From Stegostoma tigrinum (taxonomy: Eukaryota): DNA of 64,000 nucleotides. The stretch covers positions 23,182,647-23,246,646 of the forward strand of contig NC_081387.1 in the NCBI RefSeq assembly GCF_030684315.1, read 5' to 3'. A program made the translations under genes and the position numbers. This document shows, one piece after another, positions 1 through 13,610 of the stretch (its first letter is position 1; the number at the start of each line of letters is the position of its first letter). The notes below the pieces were generated by a model. The model saw only the letters and a program-made list of their open reading frames with translations, had not been told where the DNA came from and ran no database searches.

Positions 1-105
1 GGAAAATAGGTGACAGGATTAGATAGAGGATCTGGATCAGCGCAGGCTTGGAGGGGTGAAGGGCCTGTTCCTGTGCTGTAATTTTCTTTGTTCTTTGTTC
101 TTGTT
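1..105 (+). mobile_element. 3' tail of a CR1-type LINE or related SINE
   Basis: gaagggcctgttcctgtgctgta followed by (ttctttg)n tail, as in other CR1 ends in the window. Confidence 0.7.
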
Positions 106-109
106 CTTA

Positions 110-1115
110 TTTAAGTTTTATACTTCTGATTCCAAACCAACTTCCTCTTTGTCAAACAGAATGCTACATTTTATGATATTATGGTCACAGTTTCCTTGGA
201 GATATGTTACTCCGCCATTACTTATTCAACCTGCCTCATTACATATCATCATCCCTTTAAAAAAAGGCCCTGATGCCTGGTTGGATCCATAACATATTGT
301 TTGAGGAAACTGCCCTGAATCCTTTTTCATGCCAATCTCTGCCAATCTCACATCACATTCAAATGATGATTAAAGTCATCCATGATTAATGTACTTTGTT
401 ACATGTGCTCCGTATCTCCTAATGTTCTCTGCCCTACCATGCAGCTACTTCTCTGGGAGCTACAGATTACTCCGATCAGAGTTTTCACCCTGTGTTTATA
501 TCTTGCTTGTATGGATTCTCATCTTCTGATCCAAGGTCATTTCTTGCTATTGTGCTTATCCCATCCTGGAAAAACATTATTATCTCACCACCTTTTTCTT
601 CCTGCTTACCCTTTTGAAAAGTCACATACACTTGAATATTTAGTTCCCAGCTTTGATCTCCTTGTAACTGTTGTCTCCATAATGACTATAAAATCAACGC
701 TTTTATCCGGTATTTGTGATGTTCATTCAATTGTCCTGAATACTACGTGCATTCCAGAGGAATTAATTTTGCCCTTTTTTCTCCCAGTGGCCCTGTTTAC
801 TGCTGTTATTCTATGTCTGTCTATTCTGCCCCTTCCTGCCTCACTCAGGGTGTTGTTATCCAAATAGGAGGCCCATAATGCTGCCATTCCCTCTTGCTTT
901 GGAAACCTACATTTCTCCTCTCCCAAACCCTTCCTTTGTCTAATCAATGTAAAGCTCTCTCTACAGCCCTTGTTATTCGATTCACTGGGGCTTTGGTTAT
1001 AGCAGGGTTCAAGTGAAGCCTATCCTATCAGAGCCACTCCCTCCTGTCCCAGTACTGGTCCCAGTGCCCATGAACTGGATCCCATTCCACTCCCACCAAT
1101 CTTTGAGCCATGGAG
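110..1115 (-). mobile_element. Decayed CR1 LINE, ORF1 esterase end and ORF2 endonuclease start
   Basis: Minus-strand translations GHWDQYWDRREWL*DRLHLN (SGNH ORF1) and IQGSFLKQYVMDPTR (APE domain). Confidence 0.7.
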
Positions 1116-1279
1116 CCATATGGAAATATAAATTGATTTAACTCAATAAATTGGGAATAAAATGGTGGCATCAATCTCAGTGACTGTGAAAATTCCGGAT
1201 TTTCATAGAAACTCACTTGGTTCGACAGTGTCCTTTCAGGAAAAAAAACCCATTCTCTTTACTTGGTCTCTGACTAAAT

Positions 1280-1720
1280 CACACTCCAGATCTCAGGGAC
1301 AGGACGGACATGTATTTGGAATAACAAGGACTGATTGGGAATAGTCAAAATACCTCTATGCACAGGAAATTGTGTCTCACTAACTTGATTGAGTTGCATT
1401 TTGGAAAGTTAAATCAGGGCAGAACCTACACATTTAGTAGTAAGGTCCTGGGAAGTGTTGCTGAACAGAGACCTTGGAGTGCAGGTTCATATTTCCTTGA
1501 AAGAGGGGTCTCAGGGTGACAGTACAGTGAAGTATGCATTTGGCAGAGAACAGAGAACATAGAACAGTACATCACAGGATGCTTGTGTTTATTGGTCAGT
1601 GCATTGAGTACAGGAGTTGGGGTGTAGTGTTGCGGCTGTACAGGACATTGGTTGGACCAGTTTTGGAAAACTGCATTCAGTTCTGATCTCTCTGCTGTTG
1701 GAAAGATGTTGTTAAAGTTG
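1280..1720 (+). mobile_element. Decayed CR1 RT fragments
   Basis: Matches the RT 3' region of intact CR1 copies (cagagaccttggagtgcaggttcat; ctgtacaggacattggtt). Confidence 0.65.
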
Positions 1721-3939
1721 CTTTTGAGACAGTGATTTGGTCACAGCACAAAAAGTAATTTTTCGTCTGAAAGTGAATTGTCGTCAGAGATTCAGTGACT
1801 GGTTACAGCACAAGTGAGGGCCGTTCAGCTGTTCCAGTCTGTGCCAGCCCTCTGCAACGGTAATTCACTGAGCTCCACTCCCTGCTCTTTGCCCATTTCC
1901 CTGCAATTTATTTTTATCCTGTTGCCTATCTAATTGCTTTTTGTAGCCATGTCCAATTCTGCATTCCAGATCCTTTTGGCAGAAGCTGTAGGTGTGACGT
2001 AGCCCAGTGCCATACAGCAACATGTCAGTCCTCTTGATACTTCAATGCTCCCCACTGTGATAAGGTGCCTACTTCTCCCTCTGTGCTGGTCAGCAATGCA
2101 AGCAGGTCAGCACAAAGTGAGTCAGCACTGAGGAAATAGTGTAAGAGCCATAAGACGCATCTTATGTAGATGCGAGAGATGTGTGTATTCCTGTGTGCAG
2201 AGTGACCTGGCAGAAGCAATGCAAGTCAAAACTGTCACAAAGTTGCCTGCAGTGAATTTCATCTGCCATGTGGCTGTTCAACAAGGCTGCTCATAATCTC
2301 TCGAGATCTGTTGCCATTTTCCTCTCGTTTACTGCATGTTCAGGTTTTTAGACACCCAAATGTTTTGTCTAAATCCAAGTCCTTAACGTATTTCAGGAAT
2401 AGGAATGGCCATTCAACTTTGGGAAGACCTCACTCCAGCCTGTAAAATCTCTACTTTCTATAAACAAAATGTGTTCCATCCCTTACTGATGTTGTATTTC
2501 TGCTGCCCTCTCATTACTTTAGCAACTTGTCTGTGCACTGACCATGGTAGGAGGGATGGTAGGGATTAGGGGGTCACTGTCTGGGCCAGCAGACCTATGA
2601 CCCATCCCTAATTGCCCTGGAGGAGTTAGTGGTGAACGACCTTCTTGGAACCACTCCTTGGGGAGCAGTTACACCCACAATGCTGTTTGGGAGGGAATTC
2701 CAAGGATTTGACCCAAAGAAAGTGAAGTAACAGTTAAATTGTTCATCATCAGAATTGTTTGTGGCCTGGAGGGGACCTTGGAAGCCATCGGAATTTCAAA
2801 TTTTCTGGGAAGAATATTGTTCAATATTTAAGTCGATGTTTGTGAGTAGATAGACAGATCAAGTGTGTTAACCCCACCATCTCCATGTGACCTCATGGAA
2901 AATATCACTTGTGTTGAACCTTACAAATCTTTACTCTCTCTTTATTAGACCATGACTGCGCAATGGCCATGAATTCTTCATCCAGAGAGCTTTACTGATT
3001 TTCTGTATTTTTAATCATGGATTTAAATCGGGAAAAACTGTTGTAAAAACCAAGGACTTCTGAAGGATTGTTGCATTTTTGTAAAGCAAGGAAAGTGGAA
3101 TTCACTGGAAGTGCTGTTTACACAGCTACATGTTCAAGCAGAACGAGAAGCTTAGTTTGCAGATGAACTTGAGCCAATGGTTTTGGCTGAATGGAGCTTT
3201 GGCTGACAAGTAGCTGATTGGTCTGTGGACGAGTGAGTTATCAAGGATAAAGGCCTTCTGCCAGTCAGTGACCAGGATAACTGAACAGCTTGGGTGGTGT
3301 GAATGAAGTGGCAGAAGCAATTAGATCTCTGTAAGAGCAGGAGCTGTCTCTTTTCTCTGCTGCAAAAACCACCAGAAGCCTGAAGAAAGTGGATTTGTTT
3401 TCTTGTCACTGGTTGCTGTGAGCTGTGGCTCTTAACCTGTCAGCCAGAGACTTTATGTGTATGCACTAGCCATTCTGCACATTCTCCAAACAAGTGAAAA
3501 TCTCTAGAGAAGCAGAATCAAGGAGCAGCATGCCCTGACAAGCTGGAAGGACCATCTCAGTGAATCCTGTGAAGCAGGACGATTGAACTATGATCCCAGG
3601 CTTACCCTTTCTCCATCGCACTCAGGTTTTTTTGATGTCTGTGTGTCTAAATGTGTGTGTAGAAGGAGCTTTATATGGAGAATGGAGTTTTAACCTGAAG
3701 ACTTACATATACATATCAAAGGTTCGCAATTGTTTAGATGTAACTAGAATCTATTTATTTGTAAGAAATAGTAATTCCTGTGAATTGCAGAAACCTGGCT
3801 CATGCTTTTTGCCAACATGAGTCTAAAAGACAAATAAACAGGAGAGTTTTGTGTACTTTTACACAATATTGAATTTAATGATAATTCTAGGAATAGCAGG
3901 ACTTGATGTTGAGCTCAATACCCCTGTGAGGTGTAACAC

Positions 3940-5165
3940 AGATTGCTCCAGTACTGTTACAGCACTGGCATCCAACCGAAGATGTGGAAAATTGCCCAGG
4001 GATATCTGTCCACAAAAAAGCAGAACAAATCCAACCCGGCCAATTCCCACGCCATCAGTAAAGTGATGGAAGGTGTCATGAACAGTGCTATCAAGCTGCC
4101 CCTGCTCAGCAGTAACCTGTTCAGTGACGCCCAGTTTGGGCTCCGCCAGGGCCAGTCAGCTCCTGACCTCATTGCAGCCTTGGCTCAGACATGAACAAAA
4201 GAGCTGAATTCCAGAGGTGAGGTGAGAGTGACAGAGCTGTATTTGACTGAGTGTGGCATCAAGGAGCCCCAGCAAAACTGGATCAATGGGTATCGGGGGA
4301 ATGTCTCTGGTGATTGGAGTCATACCTGACACGTAGGAAGATGGCTGTGGGTGGTGGAGGTCACCATCGTAATGTCAGTAGTGGGGATGTTCGCCAATGA
4401 TTGCACAATATTCAGCACCAATCACGACTCCTCAGACACTGAAGCAGTCCGTGTCTAAATGGAACAAGATCTGGACAATGTCCAGGAGAGGGCTGACAAG
4501 TGGAAAGTCACATTCATGCCAGGCAAATACCAGGCAATGACCATCTCCAATAAGAGATAATCTACTTGTTGTTTGCTGACATTCAGTGATATTATGCCCC
4601 ACTATTAATATCCTGGGAGATTACCAAAGAACGGGTCAGAGGCTGGGAATACTACAGCAAATAACTCACCTCCTGATTCCCCAAAACCTGTCCATCATCT
4701 ATAAGGTGATATCCAGGAATGTGATGGAATATTCCACACTTGCCTGGATGGATGCCGCTTCAAAAACACTCAAGAGACTTGACACCATCCTGGACAATGT
4801 AACTGGTGTTTAATTGGCACCACATTTACAAGCGTTCTGTCCCTCCACCACTGATGCTCAGTCGCAGCAGTGTGTGCCCTATCTACATGATACTCTGCAG
4901 AAATGCACCAATTTTCCTCAGACACAACCTTCCAAACCCACAACCTCTACTATCTATAGGGATAAAGGGCAACAGAAAAATGAGAACATCACCACCTTCA
5001 AGTTCCCCTCTGAGCCACTCACCATCCTGACTTGGAAATATATCACTGTTCCTTCGCTGTCACGGAGTCAATATCCTGGAATTCCCTCCCTAGTGGCATG
5101 TGGGGCTACCTACAGCAGTGGACTACAACATCTCCAAAAGGCAATTCACCACCAGCTTCTCAGCC
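3940..5165 (+). mobile_element. Decayed L2/CR1-group LINE (RT and 3' end)
   Basis: KKQNKSNPAN...SKVMEG...DAQFGLRQGQS, MFAND, VMEYSTLAW, SWNSLP motifs with frameshifts. Confidence 0.75.
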
Positions 5166-5970
5166 AGGGACACCCATGTTTTGTTGTGAAGGAAAAACCA
5201 GGGTGGAACATTCAGTCCCTGGGCATCAGTTGATATCTAATCACGGTTAGAAACCTGTGACCAACAACTCCTCAATTTCGAACCTTACATCCCTAAACAA
5301 CATGGAATGAGTCTCATCTTGACTGGGTTAATTTTCCTTTTATATATATTACTTTTCCATTGCACCATTTTATATAATATTCTCTCATCTGACGCTGCAG
5401 AACATTTTCCTTCATCTGCTGTCGGTAAAACCCACTTTCTTGATGAACAATGACAGAAAATACTCATTTTGAAACTCAATCATATCTTTTCCTTCATCAA
5501 CAGGTCTCCATTTTGACCCCTTATCAGCTCCACCACTCCCCTTTTATAACCTGTCTACTGTTAATACACCGATAAAAACTGTTCAGATCTCCTTTATCTT
5601 TACCAGACCTTTGGACTCCTCATTATCTTCCAGTTTATCAAAAGCAAAAGCTGTGCTGTGGAACACAGGAGCCCACAAACAGGATGGTGGGCAGGTTCAA
5701 TCTTGATTATTGGATTAAGATGTGAAAATGCGTCAATGGTCTTTCAGTAAGCCTGGAAATGGACAGTCAAACTTGAGTCTAAATTCTAATATCGACATGA
5801 CATCTGAACTTGAGGTGGCCTCCCATTTGGTTTTCTGCTCTGGGAAAAAGCAAACTCTCCGTTGTTATTGCAAAATGTTTACACTGTCGTTCTTCTCTCT
5901 CTGCCATGCCTTTACTCAGTTTGGAATGTATAAAGTATGAAATGTAGTGAATAACGTGCCTATGAAGGAT

Positions 5971-7949
5971 AACAAAGTGTGGAGCTGGATGAACACAGCA
6001 GGCCAAGCAGCATCCCAGCAGAACAAAAGCTGACGTTTTGGGCCTAGACCCTTCATCAGAAAGGGGGATTGGGAGAGGGTTCTGGAATAAATAGGGAGAG
6101 AGGGGGAGGCGGACTGAAGATGGAGAGAAAAGAAGATAGGTAGAGAGGGGAGTATGGGCGAGGAGGTAGGGAGGGGATAGGTCAGTCCAGGGAGGACGGA
6201 CAGGTCAAGGTGGTGGGATGAGGTTAGTAGGTAGGAAATGGAGGTGCGGCTTGAGGTGGGAGGAGGGGATGGGTGAGAGGAAGAACAGGTTCGGGAGCCG
6301 GGGACGAGCTGGGCTGGTTGTGTGATGCAGTGGGGGGAGGGGACGAGCTGGGCTGGTTGTGTGATGCAGTCGGGGGAAAGGGAGATTTTGAAGCTGGTGA
6401 AGTCCACATTGATACCATTGGGCTGTGGGGTTCCCAAGCGGAATATGATTTGCTGTTCCTGCAACCTGGCGGAAGTGTCGGAGGATGATGCGTTGTAACC
6501 GGAGTTTGGTGGGGTGGTATGTGAGGACAAGGGGAATTCTGTGGTGGTTGTTGCAGGGGTGGGGTGTGAGGGTTGTGTTGCGGGAAATGGGGAAGAGGCG
6601 GTGGAGGGCATTCTCGACCACTGAGGGGGGGAAGTTGCGGTTCTTGAAGAACATGGACATCTGGGATGTGCGGGAGTGGAATGTCTTGTCGTGGGAGCAG
6701 ATGCGGTGGAGGCAAAGGAATTGGGAATAGGGGATGGAATTTTTGCAGGAGGGTGGGTGGGAGGAGGTGTATTCTAGGTAGCTGTGGGAGTTAGTGGGCT
6801 TGAAATGGACATCCATTTCTAGCTGGTTACCTGAGATGGCGACTGAGAGGTCCAGGAAGATGAGGGATGTGTTGGAGATGGCCCAGGTGAACTTGAGGTT
6901 GGGGTGGAAGGTGTTGGTGAAGTGGATGAACTGTTCGAGTGCCTCTTGGGAGCAATTTCCCGCAACACATCCTGCCCCCCCGCAACAACCACCCGAAGAG
7001 ATCCCCCTCATCCTCACATACCACCCCACCAACCTCCGGATTCAATGCATCATCCTCTGACACTTCTGCCATCTACAATCCGACCCCACCACCCAAGACA
7101 TTTTTCCATCCCCACCCTTGTCTGCTTTCCGGAGAGACCACTCTCTCCGTGACTCCCTTGTACGCTCCACACTCCCCTCCACCCCCAACACACCCAGCAC
7201 CTTCCCCTGCAACCGCAGGAAGTGCTACACTTGCCCCCACACCTCCTCCCTCACCCCCATCCCAGGCCTCAAGATGACTTTCCATGTTAAGCAGATGTTC
7301 CCCTGCACATCTGCCAATGTGGTATACTGTATCCGCTGTACCCGGTGTGGCTTCCTCTACATTGGGGAAACCAAGCAGAGGCTTGGGGACCGCTTTGCAG
7401 AACACCTCCGCTTGGTTCGCAATAAACAACTGCACCTCCCAGTCGCGAACCATTTTAACTCCCCTCCCGTTCCTTAGACGGCTTGTCCATCATAGGCCTC
7501 CTGCAGTGCCACAATGATGCCACCCGAAGGTTGCAAGAACAGTAACTCATATTCCGCTTGGGAACCCTGCAGCTCAATGGTATCAATGTGGACTTCACAA
7601 GCTTCAAAATCTCCCCTTCCCCTGCTGCATCCCAAAACCAGCTCAGCTCATCCCCTCTCCCCCACTGCATCACAAAACCAGCCCAGCTTGTCCCCGCCTC
7701 CCTAATCCTCTCACCCATCCCTTCCTCCCACCTCAAGCCGCATCTCCATTCCCTACCTACTAACCTCATCCCGCCTCCTTGACCTGTCCGTCCTCCCTGG
7801 AATCCTCTCCCCATCCCCCTCTCTGATGAAGGGTCTAGGCCCGAAACGTCAGCTTTTGTGCTCCTGAGATGCTGCTTGGCCTGCTGTGTTCATCCAGCCT
7901 CACACTTTGTTATCCTGGATTCTCCAGCATCTGCAGTTCCCATTATCTC
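5971..7949. mobile_element. Penelope-like retroelement insertion with inverted arms (minus arm ~5971-6953: RT C-terminus plus tail; plus arm ~6953-7949: GIY-YIG plus tail)
   Basis: FLDLSV...FKPTNSHSYLEYTSSHP (PLE RT); NVVYCIRCTRCGFLYIGETKQRLGDRFAEHL (GIY-YIG); degenerate 14-bp TSD tgcctatgaaggat/tgcctgtgagggat. Confidence 0.92.
7823..7850 (+). ncRNA. Minimal hammerhead ribozyme motif in the Penelope tail
   Basis: CTGATGA-a-GGG tctag/g CCC-GAAAC-GTC: conserved core boxes, stem II and GUC triplet; Penelope-like elements are known to carry minimal hammerheads. Confidence 0.7.
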
Positions 7950-8454
7950 TGCCTGTGAGGGATGATCTTTTATTTAACGCACAAACACCTGTTTGATACA
8001 ATCAATTACTCAAATCTGTCCATTCTATTAGATCATTGCTGATCAACATGCCAACTCCTTACTCACCTTTTTTATCTGTATTGATCAATACACGTACCAA
8101 GCCAAAAAAAAACTCAGCCCAGACATTTTATTTTTAACCTTTAGAGGTTTTTGGGGAGAGTTCCGGAATTTCATTGCCCTTTTTGTGAAAGACAAGTCCA
8201 GAGATCAGACCTAAATGGCAACTCTATATTGCTGTCCGATCATGCCTACTTCTGGATTCTGATTTCCCTGTGCTTATGTTTATGAAATCCTGATCATTCT
8301 CAATATCTCAATCTTTAACCTACTAAAGTCAAGACATTGCAAATCACATTCGTGCAAACTTTTCCTCGGGATGTAATGCTCCACGTGCTGGCTTCATTCC
8401 AGTGAAAAAGCAAAACATATTCAAATGAAGGAGGGAGGTAAAAAAGAGTAAATG

Positions 8455-9560
8455 TACCTGATTAGCCTGACATCAATTGTTGGAAACATGATGGAATCAA
8501 TGATTGAGGAAGTAATCGCAGCAGCGTTGGAAAATCATAATCTAATCAAACAGAGTCAGCGTGGCTTCATGAAATGGAAATTGTGTCTGACTAATTCATG
8601 AGAGATTTTCAACCAGCGTGGATACAGGGGAAACCATTAATGTGTTATATTTGGACTTCCAGAAGTTGTTGTACAAGGTACCATGCGGTTAAGTTCGGTT
8701 TAGCTCAGTTCACTAGACGTTTGGTTTGTAAAACAGTGTGATGCTAACATTGCGGGTGCAATCCCTGCCCTGGCTGAGGTTACCCTGAAGGACTCTCCTT
8801 CTCAACCCTTCCCCTTGCCTGAGGTGTGGGTGCCTGCAGCTTAAATCACCACCAGTAACTCTGTCTCATGAGAAAGCAGCCGTATGGTCTGGTAAGACTG
8901 TGGCAACTGGAGGTAGTATATCGGCATGAGTAGAGAATTGGCCCATGAGCAGGAAGCAGTCAGTGGGGATAAGGGACCCTTTTTCAGGTTGGTGACCTGT
9001 GACCAGTGGCATTCCACAAGGTTCAGTGCTGGGATCACAGCAGTGTATGATCGATATCAATGACTTGGAGGCAGGAAGCAAGTTTACTGTAGCCAAGTGT
9101 GCAAATGACACGAAGAAAGATGGAAAGGCAATTTGTGAGAGGGATATAAACAGTTTATAGAGAGATGTTGGTAAGTTAAGCAAATGAGCAAAGAGCTGGC
9201 AAATGCAGTATCATGTGGGAAAATGTGATGTTGTTCATTTTGGAAGGGATAACAAAAGAACACAGTATTGTTTCAACGGAGGAAAAACTGCAGAAAGCTG
9301 CAACACAAAAGGGACTTGTGCACGAAACACGGAAAGCCAGCATACAGGCACAGCAGGTAATCAGAAAGGATCACAGTCCAAAGATGTGCATGTTGAGTGG
9401 ATTTGCTGTATTAAATTGACTATCATGTCCAGGGATCTGCAGGCGAGGTGTATCAGCCATGAGATGTGCAGAGTTAGGAGAATAGGGTAGTGGGTTGTGT
9501 TTGGGTCAGTGCAGACTCAATGGGTGGAACGGCCTCTTTTCACTGCAGGGTTCTGTGATT
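8455..9560 (+). mobile_element. Decayed CR1 RT region interrupted by a SINE (~8690-8905) and ending in a SINE tail (~9370-9560)
   Basis: SQRGFMK, YLDFQK, SGIPQGSVLG, WQMQYHVGKC motifs; tRNA-like head tagctcagtt...ggtgcaatccc. Confidence 0.7.
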
Positions 9561-9799
9561 TTTCCTGTCTATTACTGGCCTTACTGAAGTTGAGGACACT
9601 GGGTTGAGAACAGAGCTGCTGGCTTTCAAACGAAACTTGAAATTTTACCGCATTATGCTCACAAGCTCATATTCATTGATTTCCATTGACACAGTCAATT
9701 CATCTATCTTGTTTAAAATGCTGCATGCTCTCAGATGAAGAGCTCTGAACATTGACTTTCTACTGTTTCTATGTATTCTGCTTTTGTTTCTGCTACACT

Positions 9800-11340
9800 A
9801 TTAGAGCCAAGAGTAATGATTAGGCCCTTCAGCCCATTGAGGCTGCATCAATAAAATAAATCACCGAACTACACTGATCTCACTTTGCAGCACTTGGCCC
9901 AAAGCCGGGAATGTTAGACATTGGAAGTGCTTATCCATGTATTTTTAAAGGTTCTGCCAATCCTCTCAGGCAGCTCATTCCAGATTCCCACATCCTCTGG
10001 ATGAAAAATATTTTCCTCAGATTCCCCCTAAACCTCCTGCTCTTCTTCTTAAAATTATGTCCCTTCAATATTGACCCTTCAACTAAGGGCAACAGTCATT
10101 TCCCATCTACCCTGTCCATGCCCCTCATAATCTTACCCTCCTCAATCAGGCCCCCCTCTTCCCGCCTCAGCCTTCTCTGCTCTAAAGGAAACAACCCGAG
10201 CCTATCCAATCTCTCTTCATAGCTCAACTACTACAACCCAGGCAACATCCTGGTGAGTCTTCAGTCCACCCCTTAAAGTGCAGTCACATTCATTCTCTGA
10301 TGTAGTGACCAGAACCGTACACTGTACTGCAGTGGTGGCCGAACTGAAGTCCTGTATAACTCAACATAACACCTCATGTTCTTATAATCTATCCCATGAT
10401 TCATAAAGGCAACTGTCCATGTGCCACGTTAACCATCCAATTAACCTGTCCTGCCGTCTTCAGGGATCAGTGGACAATCTCACCAATATCTCTCTGTTGC
10501 TCTGAGCTTCCTATGATCTGCAATTAAACAGGACACTATTGTTTTGTTCCATCTTCTAAAGAGCATCATGTCACACTTTTCAGGATTAATCTCCATGTAC
10601 CACTGATGTGCCGATCTCACCAACCTATATGCAGGGTCTTGTCACCTAAAGCTCCCTCCTCTCTATTAACCACACAAAAATCTTCGTGTTGCCTGGAAAT
10701 TTACTGAATATTCCTTTCACATTCTCATCCAGATTGTCTATATAAATCTGTGTAAATTACAAACAATATGGGACGAAGCGCGGATCCCTGTGGTATGTCA
10801 CTGGACACTGGATTCCAGTCACACAAACAGCATTTCACCCCATCCTCTGTCTCCGACCACTTGGACAATTTTGGATCCATTTTGCCAAATTACCTTAAAT
10901 CAAAAGCACTTTTCCGTTCTTTATCAGTCTCCCATGTGAGATCCTGTCAAAGGCTTTGCTGAAATCCATATAAACCACATCACTGCGTTACCCTCACCCA
11001 AACATTTGGTCATCTCCTCAAAAAATTCAGTCAAATTTGCTCAGCACGGCCTCCCTCTGACAAAACTCTGCTGACTATTCCTGGTCAAATCTTGCCTGTC
11101 TGAATGGAGATGACTTCTCTCCTTCAGAATTATCTCCGATAGTTTCCCAAACACTGATGCATGACTCACTGGTCTGTGATTCCCTGGTTTATTGCGACCA
11201 GCCTTCTTGGAAAGTGGAAACACATCAGGTGTCCTCCAGTCCTCTGGCATCTCCCCTGTAGCCAGAGAGGAATTAAAAATGTGTGTCAGGGCCCCTGTAA
11301 TTATCTCTCTCACTTCACACAGCAGCCTGGGATACAACTT
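9800..11340 (-). mobile_element. Decayed CR1 LINE ORF2 and 3' end
   Basis: ORF 11041-11358 (PRLLCEV...PEDWR...PGNHRPVS) plus downstream RT motifs. Confidence 0.85.
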
Positions 11341-11344
11341 TTCT

Positions 11345-11690
11345 TGTAATTCATTCACAGGAAGTGGATGTCACTGGCTGTGCCAGCATTGTTTTATTGC
11401 CCTGGGGGTATTTATGAGTCAATCACATTGCTGTGGGTCTGGACTCACATGTGGGCCAGACCAGGTAATGATGGCAGGTTCCTTCCCTCAAGGACATTGG
11501 TGAATCAGATGGGATTTCTGACAATCAACAATGGCTTTATGGTCATTTTTAAACTTTCAGTTCCAGATTTTCATGTAATTCAAAATCCATCATCTACCAG
11601 GACAGAATCCGAACCAAGCCCCCAGAACATGACCTGGATCTCTGGAGTAACAGTCCAGAGTTAGTCCCACTGGACCTTCGCCTCAGCCAG
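11345..11690 (-). mobile_element. tRNA-headed SINE (same family as 41795 and 57705)
   Basis: Reverse complement of the 57705-58065 element. Confidence 0.7.
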
Positions 11691-11904
11691 ACCCGGAATT
11701 TTGTCCACATTTGAACTCACCAAAACCTCCATTGACTCCTCACTCTCTTTGTCAAATAACTGAAGAACATCACAGTCCATGTTCCCAAATTCTATGCACA
11801 TTTTTTTGCTCCAAAATGAAGACAGAAGTGAAGTACTCATTTCAAACCCAACCACGACCCTCTGGTTCATTGCACAGATTGCCCCTTTGGTCCCTAATGG
11901 GCTC

Positions 11905-12490
11905 TGAGTAAAGTTAGAGAACATGGTATTCAGGGTGAGCATGCCAACTGGATACAAAGTTGGTTTTACTTTGGAGACAGAGTTTGGTGGTGTTGGGGGA
12001 TTGTTTTTTAGACTGTGACCATTGGTGTTCCACAGGTACTGGGTTCACTTTTGCTTGTCATTGATATAAATGATTTGGATGAGAATATGGGAGGTGTGCT
12101 GAGTAAGTTTGAAGATGACATCAGGATGAGTGGGATTGTGGACAGTGAAGAAGGTTATCTAAGACCAGAAAGAAATCTTGACCAGTTGGGTCAATGGGCT
12201 GAGGAGTAGCAGATGGAGTTTAATTTGGACAGATGTGAGGTATTGCCTTTTAGTAAAACAAAAAAGGCCAGGACTTATTACAATTAATGGTACGGCCCAG
12301 GGCGGTGTTGTAGAACAGAGAGAATGAGGGGTTCAGCTACAAAATCCTTTGAAATCTGTGTCACAGGGCAGTTAAGAGCCCATTTTGCACACTTGCCCTC
12401 ATTGCTCAGACCTTTGACGATGGGAGATAGGACATCATGTTGACATTGTATGAGATGTTGGCCTCTCCTGGACGGCTGTGTCCAGTTCTG
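11905..12490 (+). mobile_element. Decayed CR1 RT fragment
   Basis: INDLDENMGGVLSKFEDD...LDQLGQWAE. Confidence 0.8.
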
Positions 12491-12494
12491 GTCA

Positions 12495-13005
12495 GAGAGT
12501 CATAGAGTCACAGAGATGTACAGCACGAAAGCAGACCCTTCGCTCCTACGTGTCCATGTTGCCCAGATATCCTACATTAGTCTCGTCCACTTGCCAGCAT
12601 TTGGACCATAATTCGTCTGAGCACTCCCTATTCATTTGCCCATCCAGATGCATTTTAAATTTTGTAATTGTACCAGCCTCCACACCTTCCTCTGGCAGCT
12701 CATTCCATCCATGAGTCACCCACTGCGTGAAAAAATTGCCCCTAAGATCCCTTTTCAATCTTTCCCCTCTCGCCTTAAACCTGTGCCCTCTAGTTTTAAA
12801 CACCCCCACCCTGGGGAAATCCATTTACTCTATCCCAGCTGCTCATGATTTTGTAAACTTTTATAAGGTCACTCTTCAACCTCTGATGCTCCAGGGAAAT
12901 TCATTCCAGCCCATTCAGCCCGACTGTGCAGCTTCAACCCTCCAACCTTGGCAATCCCCTTGTAAACTTTTTCTGAATCCATTCAAGTTTTCACAACATC
13001 CTTAC
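12495..13005 (-). mobile_element. CR1 3' end
   Basis: KTRGHRFK...RGNFFTQ...WNELPEE. Confidence 0.8.
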
Positions 13006-13573
13006 AACCAGCAAACCTTAAACAGACCATCGCTTGCAGCAAACTACCCAACCTTCAGGACAACATTGACCACAACACCACACAACCCTGTTATGGTAAC
13101 CTCTGTAAAACATGTCAGATCATCAACATGGACACCGCCATCACGCATGGGAACACCACCCACCCACGTGCACAGCAGTTACTCATGTGGCTTGGCCAAC
13201 GTTGTCTATCATCCGCTGCAGGTACGGATGGCTCGAGGCATGGTACATGGGCGAAACTGTGCAGACACTATGACAACTGATGAATGGATATTGTGCAACT
13301 CTCGCCAAACCGTGATGGCCTCTCCCATTGGGGAACACTTCAGCGCTCAAGGACATTCAGCCTCGAATCTTTGGGGAAACATCCTCCAAGGCGGACTTTG
13401 GGAAACACAATAATACAGATTTGCGAACAGAGGCTGATAGCCAAGTTCGGTCCCCATGAGGACGGCCTCAACTGGGATCTTGGGTTCATGTCACACGACA
13501 GTGACCCAACCACACTATACACTCCCACACAGATCCTCTCTCATACATACACTGTCTCTCTCTACACCCCCCC

Positions 13574-13610
<37 letters not shown>

